Source of the DNA: Bugula neritina | Taxonomy: Eukaryota > Animalia > Bryozoa | Length of the DNA stretch: 64,000 bases | Assembly (NCBI GenBank): GCA_964035545.1 | Contig: OZ037770.1 | Coordinates: 13,320,642 to 13,384,641, forward strand | Direction of reading: 5' to 3' | In this document: positions 1-13,303 of the stretch, in pieces | Numbering within the stretch: position 1 is the first letter of the stretch | How the letters are laid out: every line of letters starts with the position of its first letter | Position numbers and translations under genes: made by a program | The notes under the pieces: model-generated | Told to the model about the DNA's origin: nothing | Database searches by the model: none | The model's input: the letters and a program-made list of their open reading frames with translations, nothing else

Positions 1-3000
1 CCAGCATTGTTACTTGTAGCCATGGAGTTTAAACTGGCACTTGGTGGCGTGTTTGCAGGCCTAATCATAACAGAGTACTGACTATCTGTAGGCTTTTTAG
101 GCTGTAGGCCAGGTTTTTGTGATGCTTGTTGCTCTTGTAGATTTCTGTGCTGTGTCCATGGTGAGCTAGATTGGATGGAATAATTGCTTTGAATTTGTTT
201 TTGGCCTCCAATCGTATTGCGTGATGTGCCTGTCTGGCCATAGTGTTTAGTATTTGGACTTTTGCTTCTTCCTCTTTTGGTAACTTGCAATGTGTCCATT
301 TTACTTTCGCTTACTGGGTATTTAGACATATTTGGGCTTATAGCATTATTAGTTTCTGAGGAAGGTTGTTCAGTGATTATTGGTGGAGGGGCTTGTACAT
401 ATGAAACAGTAGATGGTTGTCCTCTCACTGCAAACATACTTTGCTGTGAGCTTGCACGCTGCTGCCAATCAGATAATGCATTTAATCTGCTTGGAGTAGG
501 CAGTGTATGCCCATCTCTCATCGTTGTTGAATTATATCTGCTCTCGGTTTTGGTGGCTTGTGGTTGAAAGCCATTTACTGACTTTGTGCCAGGAGCTGCT
601 CTATATTGACTCATTACTGATGGTTGTCTCATCATTGATGGAATCTTCTGTGGTTGCTGTTGACTGGTATCTTGATAACTTTGAGATGGAGGTGTTTCTG
701 GCTGTTGCATCATTGATGGAACTACATTAGAGCGTAGAGATGTGGCAGGATTTTCAACATATTGGCTGTTATAAGAAGCATAATTTTGAGGTATGTTGGG
801 CGAATTAGAGGCCATTATAGCCGTCTGAGTGAGCGACTGATTTTCAAGTTCTGCGTCCTCATCCTCTTGAATTGCACCCAACTGATTTTCATAATCTAGA
901 GGTGGTGCGGTGTATACCTGTTGCACAATTGAAATAGCATCTGGATCTACTTCTCGCATAGTTGCTCCTGGATCATCATCTTCCTCAAACTCTACATCAG
1001 CAATTCCACTTTGTGGTGGCTCTACTCCATCTTTTGCCGAATAGTCTATAACCACTTTATTTGATAGTTGACTTGTTACCTTTGAATTATAATCATTAAT
1101 AGACGACATTTTCTGCTGTATATCAGATTGCTCTTCGGTAATTGTCTCGTATTTGTTTCTAGCGTCTGTCATACTGAAGCCCTGTGGCGTCTGCCCTCCT
1201 TGGAACATGGATATTGCGCTAGTTTGACCTCTTTGGGTGTATGATGGCTGTATCTGGCTTTGAATCTTAGAGACTGAGCGAGTTCCTACACCTAAATATA
1301 CTTCGCTTTCTTGTACACCTTGCTGATCTATTCCTGGAATGCTCTCTACTGGCTGTCCTAATTGCTGGTCATCTATCTGGTTTGGATCTGATTGATACAT
1401 GGCTTGTAGCTGGTTTTCGTCATTCTGATAATCTACATTTTGATTTTGGCCCATCATTTCTTGTTGAAATTGTAGCTGGTTTTCGAGCATAATTTGACTT
1501 TGATTAGTTGGAGTCATTCCACCTTCTATGGGAACAAACATGCTAGGTTGTTCTAGGTATTGGTCTTGATACGGAACTTGTGATTGATATGCATCAGGCT
1601 CTGCCATGTAACCTACATCGCCATATTCTTGATTATACATTTCTTGTTGATATGCCATTTCATCTTGATACGCTGCCTCATAGTTCTCATAATTTTGCAT
1701 GTCTTGTGGTAAATCATCTTGGAATGGTACATCTTGATAAGGCACTTGTTGCCCATTCATGTACATAAGACTTTGAGTCAGCGGCGTTTTAGTAGCTTGG
1801 TACACAGAATATGTTTGACCTAAACCTGCTTGTCGTTGAATGTATGATGGACTGTTCATTTGAGCCTGTGATGCTTGAGCTTGTTGGTATGCTGATAAGG
1901 TTTTACCTATGCCTCCTTGCGGTTGACCAGATGGGGACACTTTCATTTGACTTGGTGTCAAAGTATAGCCAGATAAATTTGGTGCCATTCGTAAGACACT
2001 CTGTGTGACAGCATTACTCTGGGGCTGATTTCCAGAGGCTGCAATCCTCATTAAAGACATTTGTTTTTTCTGGCTGGACAGCTCGCTATAATTCTTATAC
2101 TGTGACAATGTCTTGCTGATTGGTTGTTTATCCATAGTGTCTTTCTCCGCTGATACAGTTTTATTTTTCTCTACTGGCTTATTTGGCTCTGGTTGGTCTG
2201 AAGGAGTTAGAACACAAAATGGATCATTTTTTGGCTGTAAAGGACACTTTTTTGGCTGGCATTTTGTATCCTCTTCAGTTTCTTCATCGCTGGAAGACTC
2301 GCACTTATTCTTTTTCTTGCTTTGTTTGGTTTTCTTGCGACACTTTTTTGCGGCTTTCTTTTTCCTAAATAAGAGTATGTAAAAGTTCAAAAAAAATTTA
2401 GTTTAGGCTGCATCTGCTCAAAATTTGTAAATACTCTCCTCCAATAACTCTCTCTGCATGGCAGAGAGAGTTATTGGATAACACTACATGGTTACAAAAA
2501 TAGGAGCCATTATTCGTGTTAAGGTGGGCTCTATTTAGTATACACATAATATATATGAGAGAATGAGCGTGTGTAGAAGAGTGGCAATAGATTATCACTG
2601 TGTTGGCATCAATAATAATTATAATTATAATAGTGAGCGCCCAATTCGGAATGTTTAAACTGTGGGCTGTCACGATACTGGCTCTTTATCTTGGAGACGC
2701 CCAGTAGCCAAAAAAATATCGCCTATATAGCACGTAGAACTGATTCTACAGAACTAGAGCTACTAGGCCACAATATACTTAGTCAGTTTATACAGTAATA
2801 CCTGTCCTAACAAATCACTTTAATAGTTTGAATCAAAACAATTTGTTGAGAGACGAAAGTGGCAGCACTTACGAGTTGGCATCTGAGGAGCTAGATTCTG
2901 ATGTCTCATCTGTACTGTTTAAAGCTACCGTACCATCTGGGTCCCTGAAACATTGTAGTGGTCATACAACTTTTCGCATAAATAAAATACGTTAATTTCA

Positions 3001-5687
3001 ACCTATGAAGCTTATGTGGATGGTTAAACGTAAAGCTGAAACTGCAGCGATCTTTTACTCTGTTTGAAAAAGTGATGCCTCTTTAAATGGCCTGCAGCTC
3101 ACATTGCACTTGGAGCTCTGTACAATCTACAATCTCCTGTATACTAAATTTAAGTAAAGCTCTGCGATGAATGCATTACTTAAGGTTAAAACAGCACTCA
3201 ATTGAACATTTTTGCTTTTCTACTCTTAATATTATAATATTATACTTTCAGTGCATAAATCAGTTTCAAGCTGTGTAAGTTTATTAGGCTAGGTGACAAG
3301 ATTCTTTAGTGTGACCAAGTGACATACTTTCTCTCTGCGAGAATTGATTGCACTTCGGAGTCGACTTTGAGTAGCTTCGCCAAGTGGCTGGCACCTTGGC
3401 TTTTGAAGCACTGGCGGATCTCCTTGTAGAATGTCTGAGGATAGTCACAAACCGACAGGACTTGCTTGAAAGAACTGATACCAGTTATTTGTGAATCTGA
3501 AAGTAAGTTCAACTAGTTACTCATACTTTACTAACATTATTTTGCTAACTCTAATTTTTTTCAACTTATATTTGTATAAATAGTAATAGAATGTTGAAAA
3601 ATAAACCATCTGTTGAATTAAAAATATATAATTAAAAATTGCAATAGTTTTACATAATTTATATGAATGGGTGTTGAGTGAGAAAATTGAGAAACAAGGC
3701 TATTGTTTAATTAAGTTTGATTTGCTGATTAGTATACAGCTATGCAGGTACAAACTAGTTTAATTTGTTGTACAACCCAACTTCCTATTCTTTCAAAGAT
3801 GAAAAAATGACATGTTTTGTAATTCACTTAGTAGAGGAAATGAGCTGCTATCCACCATCAGGCAGAGCCAACCGTTGAACTATAACCCTTATAGTTTCAG
3901 TTCAGTGGAGCCAACCCAACCTCACCAAATTTTACAAACCAAATAAAGAGTCGGGTGAGTTTGAAAAATGGTAAAAGCAGCACCAAGCTGAAAATTATCA
4001 GTGTCTGAACTCTCCAACCATGCACTGCGTTTAGTGACCACCAACTCTGCGCTGCTTCAAGCGATTTCCTTCCTAAGAGCTTACTTTACACGGATTTCAT
4101 TGTTTATATTATACAACAGACCTTTAAATGCGCTTGTATTTTACAGCCATCTAGAATAAGTTGATGTTTCTAGAAGAGTCTATAACCACATGCGACTATA
4201 AATAGATGTTTAAAATCAACCTACTTGCGCTAAACTGGCGCTTCCCAGCATCAAAGAGTAGTTGAGCCATTCCCTGACTGTTGCACAGTTCCTTCTCCTT
4301 CTTGTCTTTTTCCGACTGGAAGAGCTGCTCGTATTGCTGCAGTTTAGAAGGAGAGCAGTCGTTGCTGTCATACATGTGAGCTAGCACAGACTGCGGCTTG
4401 TATTGGTACTTTGACTCGCACATGCTGTTGTACATTGAGAGAGGTATTGACGAACTCTCGGTAGCTTTCTGCTTGCCATTGCACTGCTCTTTACAATACG
4501 CTTCCCACAGTGACTCTAGAAATAAAGTTGTTATTCTATTCAATAGTCTGAATATGTTATGCTTAAGGATGGCTAATGCAATTCTGAGAAGAAAAACATG
4601 TGTAGCGTTTAGTCAGCACATTGAGTTTCGCCAGTGTCAAACAATATGCTATTTCTATATTCAACACATAGTCTGAAAGATTAACCAGATTTGCAATCTG
4701 TGTTGCTTCATCACATTCAACACCTGTAGTGCTGTAGGTACTTGAGACACATCATAGTAACTAGTAAGCATCTACTATGATGTATTTTATTTTATTAGCC
4801 CTATCAATATATTATATTGCACAGTAATGTGAAAGAATACTTATACTGTGCAATATCTTTTAGCTTAATTTATCGCATAATTTATATCAGAGATGTTTTC
4901 TCATTATAACCAAATACTGCCGAACATACCTGCTGTCGTAGGACACTGTGATGCTGACTTATCTTGATTGCGCAACCCGAGACTCATGGTTGACGTTCCT
5001 TCCGTCACACTTCCTCTCTGTTGGTCTTCTATTGGGTCACAGCCGCTCTCTGTTAGGTTCGTCTGATCTGATCTAAATGTAGATTCCAAATCATTGCTAA
5101 TTTATATATTTAAACACCATTTGTAATGGAGGTAGGTGCAGTTGTTATAGAGAAAGTCTGTGTTCTAAATTAAAACTTAGCAAATAAAGTTATCTTCTCG
5201 AGAGAAGTTCAACTAATGCCCCAAACCAAACGTCCTTTTTAAAAATTGAAAAGTTTGAGCCATCAAAATTTCTCCACTTATGCAAAAATTGTTAGTCTAT
5301 GAATTGATAGGTAAAAACTATAGATTGCTTTTTGTAAAACCACCACTAGTCCATTGTATCTATGTGAAACTTGTTAATATGTTGAAAAACATGCTGAGCC
5401 AATATTTTCAATACATGCATATCATACTAGAACTTCTAACCGTTTTAATACACGTTCTTTAACTTGCTTTTTCAATACATGTTCTTAAACTTACTTTTTC
5501 AATACATGTTCTTTAACTTACTTTTTCAACATGAATACTGAACTTACCCTGCTATCAAGTTCCACTCTCTCAGTTTACTTCTGATTCCGTTTTCGTATCT
5601 CGTAGATGCAAGAGCTACTCCAGCTCCAATGGTTATTAGTCCAGCGCTTTTTAGTATAGTTGTAGTCAGTGGAGGGCTATCTCCCAT
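1..5687 (-). CDS. Uncharacterised protein, 3'-truncated by window edge (>1050 aa): N-terminal hydrophobic segment, short helical region, basic K-rich patch, long Q/S/P/Y/M-rich disordered tail
   Basis: Phase-consistent GT-AG exons 5687-5548 (MGDSPPLTTTILKSAGLITIGAGVALASTRYENG...), 5072-4930, 4515-4225, 3496-3328, 2944-2873 and 2364-1. The last exon (KKKAAKKCRKKTKQSKKK...YQDEMAYQQEMYNQEY...) is open to base 1 and is missing from the ORF track because it has no stop. Probable 5'UTR exons at ~6631-6769 and ~8241-8290. Confidence 0.8.
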
Positions 5688-5722
5688 ATCAGGGTGCCTG
5701 TTTCGTGAATACAGTATAATGT

Positions 5723-5860
5723 GCACTTACTGTTAGGTGTCATACTCTGCACTTACTCTTAGGTATGAAACTCTCTACCTACTCTTAGGTATAAAACTCT
5801 GTACCTACTCTCAGGTGTAAAACTCTTTACTTACTCTTAGGTGTGAAACTCTCTACTTAC
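5723..5860. repeat. ~26-bp intronic tandem repeat, ~5 copies
   Basis: Unit ~ctacttactcttaggtatgaaactct, just upstream of the minus-strand acceptor at 5698-5699. Confidence 0.85.
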
Positions 5861-8199
5861 ATATACATCATACCTTGCATACCTATATAGTATGATCATT
5901 ACTCTAAAGTCTAGCCAATAGTTACAGTTATAATCTATACTTTAATAGAATTTGAAATAGCGAAATAGCATATAAACAGTAACTGGTGAGTTGTGTTAGA
6001 TTATTATTACTTTTCATATATTATTCTATAATTTAATGGCATAAAATATTACTTGTAGAATATTAATATTATGAGCTGCAACAGTTTTAATATCAGATGA
6101 AGAAAACAATTTTTTTTAGATTCCTTTTACATTAAATGTAGTTGTCTTTAAATAAACTGTCTCAAAAAACTGCCCATTTTTCAAAAAAAAGTTTTCTCAC
6201 AAGGCTAATAATATATTAGATGGTGAAAACTTCTAGTTGCAATAGGGCTTTCATGTTTAAAATTGTAGCATGTATAAATGTAGAAAGTTTTTGTAGCAAA
6301 ACTGTGTTTTATGAAAAGCATAAAAATTAACTTGTTATCACATTTCACCACACACATCACTACAATCCTTTAGTACAGAGCTGCAACCTTGTGATGTACT
6401 TAAGTGGCCTTAGTGTAAGGTTAAATAGCCCTAGTATACATGTATATACAGTATATACCTCTAATATACTTATATATAGCCTTAACATGTATATACTTAT
6501 ATAATTATAGGCCTTAGTACACTAATATGACACTAATGTAAGCTTATATAGCACTTGTATACAGTTAAATAGTCCTAGTACACTTATATAGCCTTGGTAT
6601 ATCTAGTGAGTTGCTATAAACAAATCTTACCAGACTGAGAGAAAATTCTTTAGGCCGAAGACCTCATTATCATAATAACATAATTACATCAGGAATTCTG
6701 CCAACTGTATAATAACAATGCCATACCAACATTTCTCACATTCTTGTCATTACATTCATACACCACATTCTATTAAAATATATTCAATATTAAAATAATA
6801 TAATATGTTGCTCCACAGTAAAATTTGAATTTAGGAATATTAATTTATTGATATTGAAATTCGAGGCATCGTGAACAGACAACTCCGAAAGTTTATGATA
6901 TCTAGCATGTTTTGTATAATGTGCAAATGGGACTCTATCTTAAAGAGCCGTGCATTGTAAAAATATTAGAATCTATGACTGAATTAATGCAAAAAATTCT
7001 AATAAAGACATGATTTTCCCAGCTTAAATTTAGCGTGCAACAATTTTGTCTGCCTACACCATATTGTAGAAGTTGTTTTTTATGGCATTTATGATAGATT
7101 TAGTAATTAAACAAGCTTTCTTCGTATTTTAACGAAACAAATTAATAATGTGCTTGTAGACTGCTAGGAAAATTTAAATGTTAAGTTGCTTTTGTTTATC
7201 TTCTACATGTAAACTATAAACAAATATAAAGAATAATTCAAAGATAACTCTTAATAATTACATTAAGTAACCAGTTATTTATAAAAATTATTTTAGAGTC
7301 CTAACTATTTCTGTGAGAACTTGTTGTGAATGTTGGAGCCATTTCTTCTTTGTATTGTATTGTCATTCAAATTGTAGTCACACTTGATAGTTTAGATTTA
7401 TATAATATATTCAATATACTAAAATCTGTTACTTACTGAATACACCATAGGGATTGGAGACCTAGGTGTATTAATTTGCATTATATGGAACTAATATTCT
7501 GCTAATCATTTTCAATATCCTTTCAATGAAAAGCAGTTATATTGAGCTATTCAGCTATCAGCTATATTACATTAAGTTATATATATATATATTAAGCCAT
7601 CAGGTAATAAATATAGTATAGATGTCAAAACAATATATTATAATGATTATTTGAGTGTTTTTGATAGCTGCATATCTTGCTGTGTGGCATATAAAACCTT
7701 TTAAACTTGTGATATAAATAATAATCTTCTTTCTTTACTTCGCTGACTTATTTAAGGAAAAAATACCACAAATGCATGTTTCAATCTTTTGAAAGCATCA
7801 TTCTGGCTTTGCTGTGTTGATTACCCAATCTTTTTAGTATGAGCTATGCATGAAGTTATACATTGAAAAGAAAAATCAACTTTTTTTTAGTACTATATAT
7901 TATGCAGTAGACTCAAGGAAAATTGTGTAATCTAAGGGCAGGCGATTTGCAAATAATATGCATAAAATTATATTTATTTTAGCCTAAAGTTTGCCGCATT
8001 TTGCTTTTAAATTGGTTTATTACTTATATACAACACAAAACTTTAAAATAGTTAAAACATTGGAATTCTAAATTAATTATTGATACCACAAATATTAATT
8101 TTGGTATCACAAATTTTGTCTGTGAAAACCCACAGAATACATTCTGTGGGTCTTCACAGACCTACAGAGTGCATTATGTAATAAATGTTTTAGGAGTTG

Positions 8200-8360
8200 T
8201 CGTCTCACCTGAACCTGTTATTTGTGCACGCATCGCTTACTTGTTGTCTGCAAAGTCGCAAAATATCGTAGTTACATAGTGCATTCGCGAATTGGTTATT
8301 GGACTGACCAGGTTCTCGTTTGTAAGATCAGACGGGGAATCCCGTGCCGAGGACTTGCAT
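8200..8360. promoter_or_regulatory. Putative bidirectional promoter (gene 1 / TRIM copy 1) with NF-kB site
   Basis: Local CpG enrichment in very AT-rich DNA. Two ATTGG (CCAAT) boxes at 8291-8302, GGGGAATCCC at 8334-8343, and minus-strand donor sites at 8207-8208 and 8239-8240. Confidence 0.55.
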
Positions 8361-9147
8361 AAGTTTAGGAAAAACTAAAACAAATGAAAAATAGAGATAT
8401 AACTGGATGAAACCATTAATATACTTGTTTGAATAATTTAAATGAGATAGAGTTAGGTTTATTTGGTATTGACTGTTGACTTTATAAAGCTATCTTTAAT
8501 TAGATTACGCCTGTTAGAGTTTTCAAAACTGAAACTCAAAGTCAGTCAAACTGACTTTAATTTTTAGGGTAAGACTGAGACTCATAATGCTATAGTTACA
8601 GTGTTAGTGTTAAACTGTAGCAAGGACTGGCGGATAGCTTTGTTTTACTTTTTTGATTAAAATTGAATTTGATGCTGATTGTGATAAACAATAGCGTTAC
8701 TGTGAGTAACACTGTTCGTCTTAGTCTTACTGATACTCATAGTCATAGTCACTAGTGATACTGATGGTGAAACTCAAACTGATTGTCATCATAGTGATAA
8801 TCATAACCATAATGATAGCACTAGCCACCACTCATAAGAAATAGTAGATTTTATGAGTATCAGAATGACCATCATAATGATAATCTAAGAAAATTTCAAA
8901 TTACAAGAACAAAGTTAAATTACCATGACCCTGGCGATCATATGCATAGTGACTCAATTTGCCACTAGAAGAGTCCATCTTCATATAATTTGCTTATTAC
9001 AATAACTTTTCTTTAAAAGTAAAAGAAACCTGCAACTTGAACTCTAACACCTCCTAAATGCACAACCGGAACAGTACAAAGCTACTAGTACTCTAGTAGT
9101 ACTAGGGTTACTATAAATAACTAAATTTATGTCATATTAGATCAAAC

Positions 9148-12100
9148 ATGGCGGAGGCTGAATTTACTAGAAGTAATCAGTGTGGATTTTGCTTTCTTCA
9201 AGAAGGTTTGGAAGACCCCAAATCGCTACCTTGTGGTCACGCTCACTGTTTATCTTGTCTGAATGGTGATTTTGGTGTTAACAATATGGTGAGATGTCCT
9301 TGGTGTAGGTAAGTTATAATACAATTCATCTCGCCAATACAGACTTATGTATGATTATAGAGACCCGAATAACAATACATAAAAGTCTAGTGAATATTCA
9401 CAGTCAGTTTTTAACGCTTAAAATCGTGATTATTAACTGCATAGGACACTATAAAAGTGAAAATAGATTTATAAAATCGTTGCCTGGTAGTTTAGGATGA
9501 CTTAATTCAAATCTAACTGTGCTATTTTTTAGAGAAGTGTGTAATGTGAGTATAGACAGTCTCCCGTCTGCTGATAGGGAAGATAACTCCACACCTTGTG
9601 ACGTCTGCACTAAGAAAGAAATGAAAAACATATCGGCTGTCATTTACTGCACTTATTGTCATAAACTCCTCTGCCAGGAACATAATGAGGTTAGGATTTA
9701 TCTAAAGTTGTTTACTGTATTGGCTAAATATTTAGTTTTGCATATTTAAACTCAATTTTAATTATTGTTTTGTTGATTCAGTAAACTTGATTTAATAAAT
9801 AAATGTCAATAATAGTAAATTAATATTTAGTATCAATGCAATCCTTTTCACTGACTGGTGATAGAGAATGCTTTGTAAAGTTTTTTCCAGTTGTTAATTG
9901 GTTTATCAATTACTTGTTATTTGATACTCTAATTAAATGATTAATCGTTTTGAATTTTTATCGTGCTATAAATAAAATGTTTTGATTTGTAATAGCAACA
10001 TGATGTCGTGTGTGATGACCACCAGAAGATGACCATTTTTGACTACAGAATACAAGCCAAGAGACTGGAAAAAAGAGTTTGTCCCAAACACACAGACCAG
10101 CAGATATCTCAAGGATGTAGAGTCTGCATTCAGTTGTTCTGTGTGCAGTGTTTATCTGGTATTGAGTCATGTGTTGGAGGTAAGACTTTCTTAGTGCTTA
10201 AAGAATTTATTTAGTAGCTAGCAGGTACAAGTAGAAGTGCTATTGCGTTTATATTTACATTTAGTTATTAGCGATTTAGTAGATATGAGTAGAATTTGCT
10301 TATCTAAAATAGATTATAAATAAACTCTCGTTTGTTTATCATGTCCCATTTCTGTGATATTGTAAAAACTCGTTTCCATTGTTGGGAATGCTCTTCCTAA
10401 CATCACCAATGACCTTTACAGAGATTCAGACCCTGTGTTTACTGAGCCAGTGTTTTAACCCCTAGACCACGGCTACTCCATAGTATTTGTTATAAATATT
10501 GTGAGTTAAAAAGCTGGTGTACATATGTTACAGGCTCATCCCATGACATGGTGAGTCTAGATGACCTGGTTCAACACATAACAGATTTGAATAAACTGAT
10601 TGGTACAGAAGAAAAAGTGTCTGCTTTCTTCAAAAAGATTTCCAAAACTGTGTCTGATTTTGACACGGCGACAAGAGATATGTTGGATGTTCTATACACT
10701 CAACGTGATGAACAGGTGACTGTTTATATTAGGGTATTATACCTCGTAGCACTTGTGTGTATTATATTAAGGTATAGGAGCTATTGAGCTATAGGATTTG
10801 CATAGAGTTATGTGAGCTGTAACCAAATTTCAAACTATATCTTATCCTCGTTAGCACTTCTGTGTGTTATTTAAAATCATGGTTTTGTTTCAACCTACAT
10901 AGAATTATGCTGAATTGCAAACAAATTTCAAAATACAGTAGACTATACAAGGCACTCATGTTGCACACCATTTATTTTGTTAATGTTTGTATCTTCCTGC
11001 TAGATGAATGCTGGGATTTCGTGATATAGAAAGTTCTAGATGATAAAATATCTTTGACTTGTAATGTTATGACTAAACTTGTAGCTCTCATGAAATTATT
11101 TTTCATCTACTGATCTAGTTGACTGAAGTGAGACTGAAATATGAGAAACTGGAGAAGGAATTCTTGGCTAGTAGAAAGAAGACTAAAGAGGAACTGAACA
11201 GATACATGGAGAGAGAAGTTGGAACTGTTTGGTCTGAACTGAGCAGGAATAGAATGAAGATAGAAACTCAGCTCAGACGTGACAATCAGGTGTGTTTAAT
11301 ACCATTTTAGGTAAAAGTGGCAAAGATAAATATGGCACTAGTGAAATTGGCACAGGTAAAAATCACATGGTATAAATGGCACAAATAATAATGGCACAAA
11401 TGGAAAGTACGTAAAAATGGCACACTGATGTTGAATTTTCTCAAACTCAAACTCCCATTTCCAAACCCAAACCCCAAACCCTAATATTGAAAATGTGCCA
11501 TTATTACCTGTGCCATTTGTACCATGCCATTTTTACCTGTGTTATTTTTACCTACTTTGCCATTTTTACTGGACGCTGTTGAATACTTGTCTGATTTCTA
11601 ATTTAAAACTTTTGCTTTTCTGCTACTGCCGAGACCATTTAGCTCGAGAACACAACTCTAGTAATATATATAGTAGGTTTCAGTCTAAATAGATACTATG
11701 TTGTTAGATACATTTGTAGTCTCCAGCAGGAGTTGAGCTTTACTCTGTCATCCAATCCTATATCACTATGAAATCTTATTGGAGAACTTCATAGTTTTGT
11801 TATTGTAAAATGTGTTGGTTATGACTATGGCGGTTTTATTCTCTGCAGATGTTGAAGTGAATCTGCATTTTTAGGGAAAAAAGTGCATCTACATCTCAGT
11901 TTGCTTGACATAATAACATATATAGTAGCATATATATTGTTTGTAAGTTAATAGACACACAGATATTGCTTTGGCTAGCTGCCGTATTATTGTGTTGTAA
12001 GCCTTCACGCTTGATTCTTTCTGCGATTTCTGTTCATGGTATTCTGTTACATGCTGAAATAAACTGAACAGTCAAAGGCATTTTACAGGTGGATCTGGTT

Positions 12101-13303
12101 GAAGGATATGCAGAGATTAAAGAGAGAATACACAGACTGATATCTGTTGAGATACCTAAACTAGAGCTGTGTGATGTCATGTCTCTAAAGGTCAAAGGTT
12201 AGTATACTAAACTATAGCTTATCAATTTCTACTCTATTAGTAAAATATGAGATTCTTATATATACTGTAAGATAAAGTTTCTATACTTTATAGCATCTAC
12301 TATACCTCTATTTGTAGATGTTATTTCTATAGTTTATAGTATCACTGAACCTCTATTTGTAGACAAGAAAAGAGACATAGAAGTAGAAGTGGTATCCGAA
12401 GCAGATGTATCTGCTGGTTTAAATCAAGGAGTGATATTGTATACTCTTCCTAAATCTCTCAAACTCATCAAATCTGTTGATATTTCGAGTAACTCTCAGT
12501 CTGTCTGTGAATATAAGGGCAACACTTACATAGGATTGTCAGCGGGAGGGATAGACAGAATAGATGAGAGTCTCAATGTTACCAAATCATGTATTAGTAG
12601 TGATAGATTTGTGGAATCGGTTACTGTATATAAGGACAGAATATATGTGTTGTTTCGGGAGAATTTCAGTAGTGCTGTCACTGTGTACACTCTTGGTGGT
12701 GACCAGGTGATCAGATGGTCTCATGAGGGTGAAAGTTTTCATTACAACAAACTTGTAATTATTGATGATCAGGTTGTAGTCTCTAATAGACTTCGTCAAT
12801 CATTTACAATTTACTCTCTTACTGGGAAGGTAGTTAAGCATGTGCCTTGCTCTCTACTCAGTTCAGACTCCCCGGTAGCTATATGTACAGCAGACAGACA
12901 TTGTGTAGTAGTTTCTGACTCTGGTTCCTCTCAAGTATTTAAATTAAACTTGACAACAGAGAAAGTCATCTGGACATGCAAGGATGTATCTAAGCCAGAA
13001 AGTGTGACCTGCTATAGAAGTAAATATATTTTGTTGGCCAGCTACAACAGTAAAACTATCTGGGTACTGGATGTAAAGACAGGTTAGTAGACCATAGTCT
13101 TAGCATTGTATATATTCCATGTATATAAATCAGAGAAGGTGATTCAGGCCAGTAGCCATACATTTAATAATGTTGCAGGTGAACTCTTGTCTGAATTACG
13201 GGAGGCTAAAGGCAAAATTACTGTGTATGCTCTAGCTATATCTGGGAATACCTTGATCGTATCTTCTGGTAAGAAGAAAGTGCTGTTCTACCAGATGAAC
13301 TGA
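9148..13303 (+). CDS. TRIM-family E3 ligase (RING, B-box1, B-box2, coiled coil, NHL-like beta-propeller), copy 1, 602 aa
   Basis: Exons 9148-9308, 9533-9689, 9996-10179, 10534-10715, 11119-11289, 12089-12197, 12363-13082 and 13179-13303 total 1809 nt with consistent phases. C3HC4 RING CGFC..CGHAHCLSC..CPWC; B-boxes CDVC..CTYC..LCQEH and CPKH..CRVC..FCVQC; beta-strand repeats such as VAICTADRHCVVVSDSGSSQVFKL. AATAAA at 13352. Confidence 0.93.
10384..10479 (-). mobile_element. Truncated tRNA-derived SINE in TRIM copy 1 intron 3
   Basis: Homologous to 16587-16685 and 38425-38530 (shared atgctcttcctaacatcaccaat and cctagaccacggct). Confidence 0.7.
11302..11576. mobile_element. Foldback/Mutator-like MITE in TRIM copy 1 intron 5
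   Basis: Arms of ~15-bp subrepeats ggtaaaaatggcaca and inverted tgtgccatttttacc, with central aaaccccaaaccctaa. Flanking 9-bp direct repeat tgtttaata (11293-11301) / tgttgaata (11577-11585). Confidence 0.75.

Noticed and set aside
262-2382. Short plus-strand ORFs at the left edge
   Set aside because: Antisense shadows of the long minus-strand exon 2364-1.
11450-11485. ccctaa motifs as a telomeric remnant
   Set aside because: Few, degenerate, and internal to a MITE.
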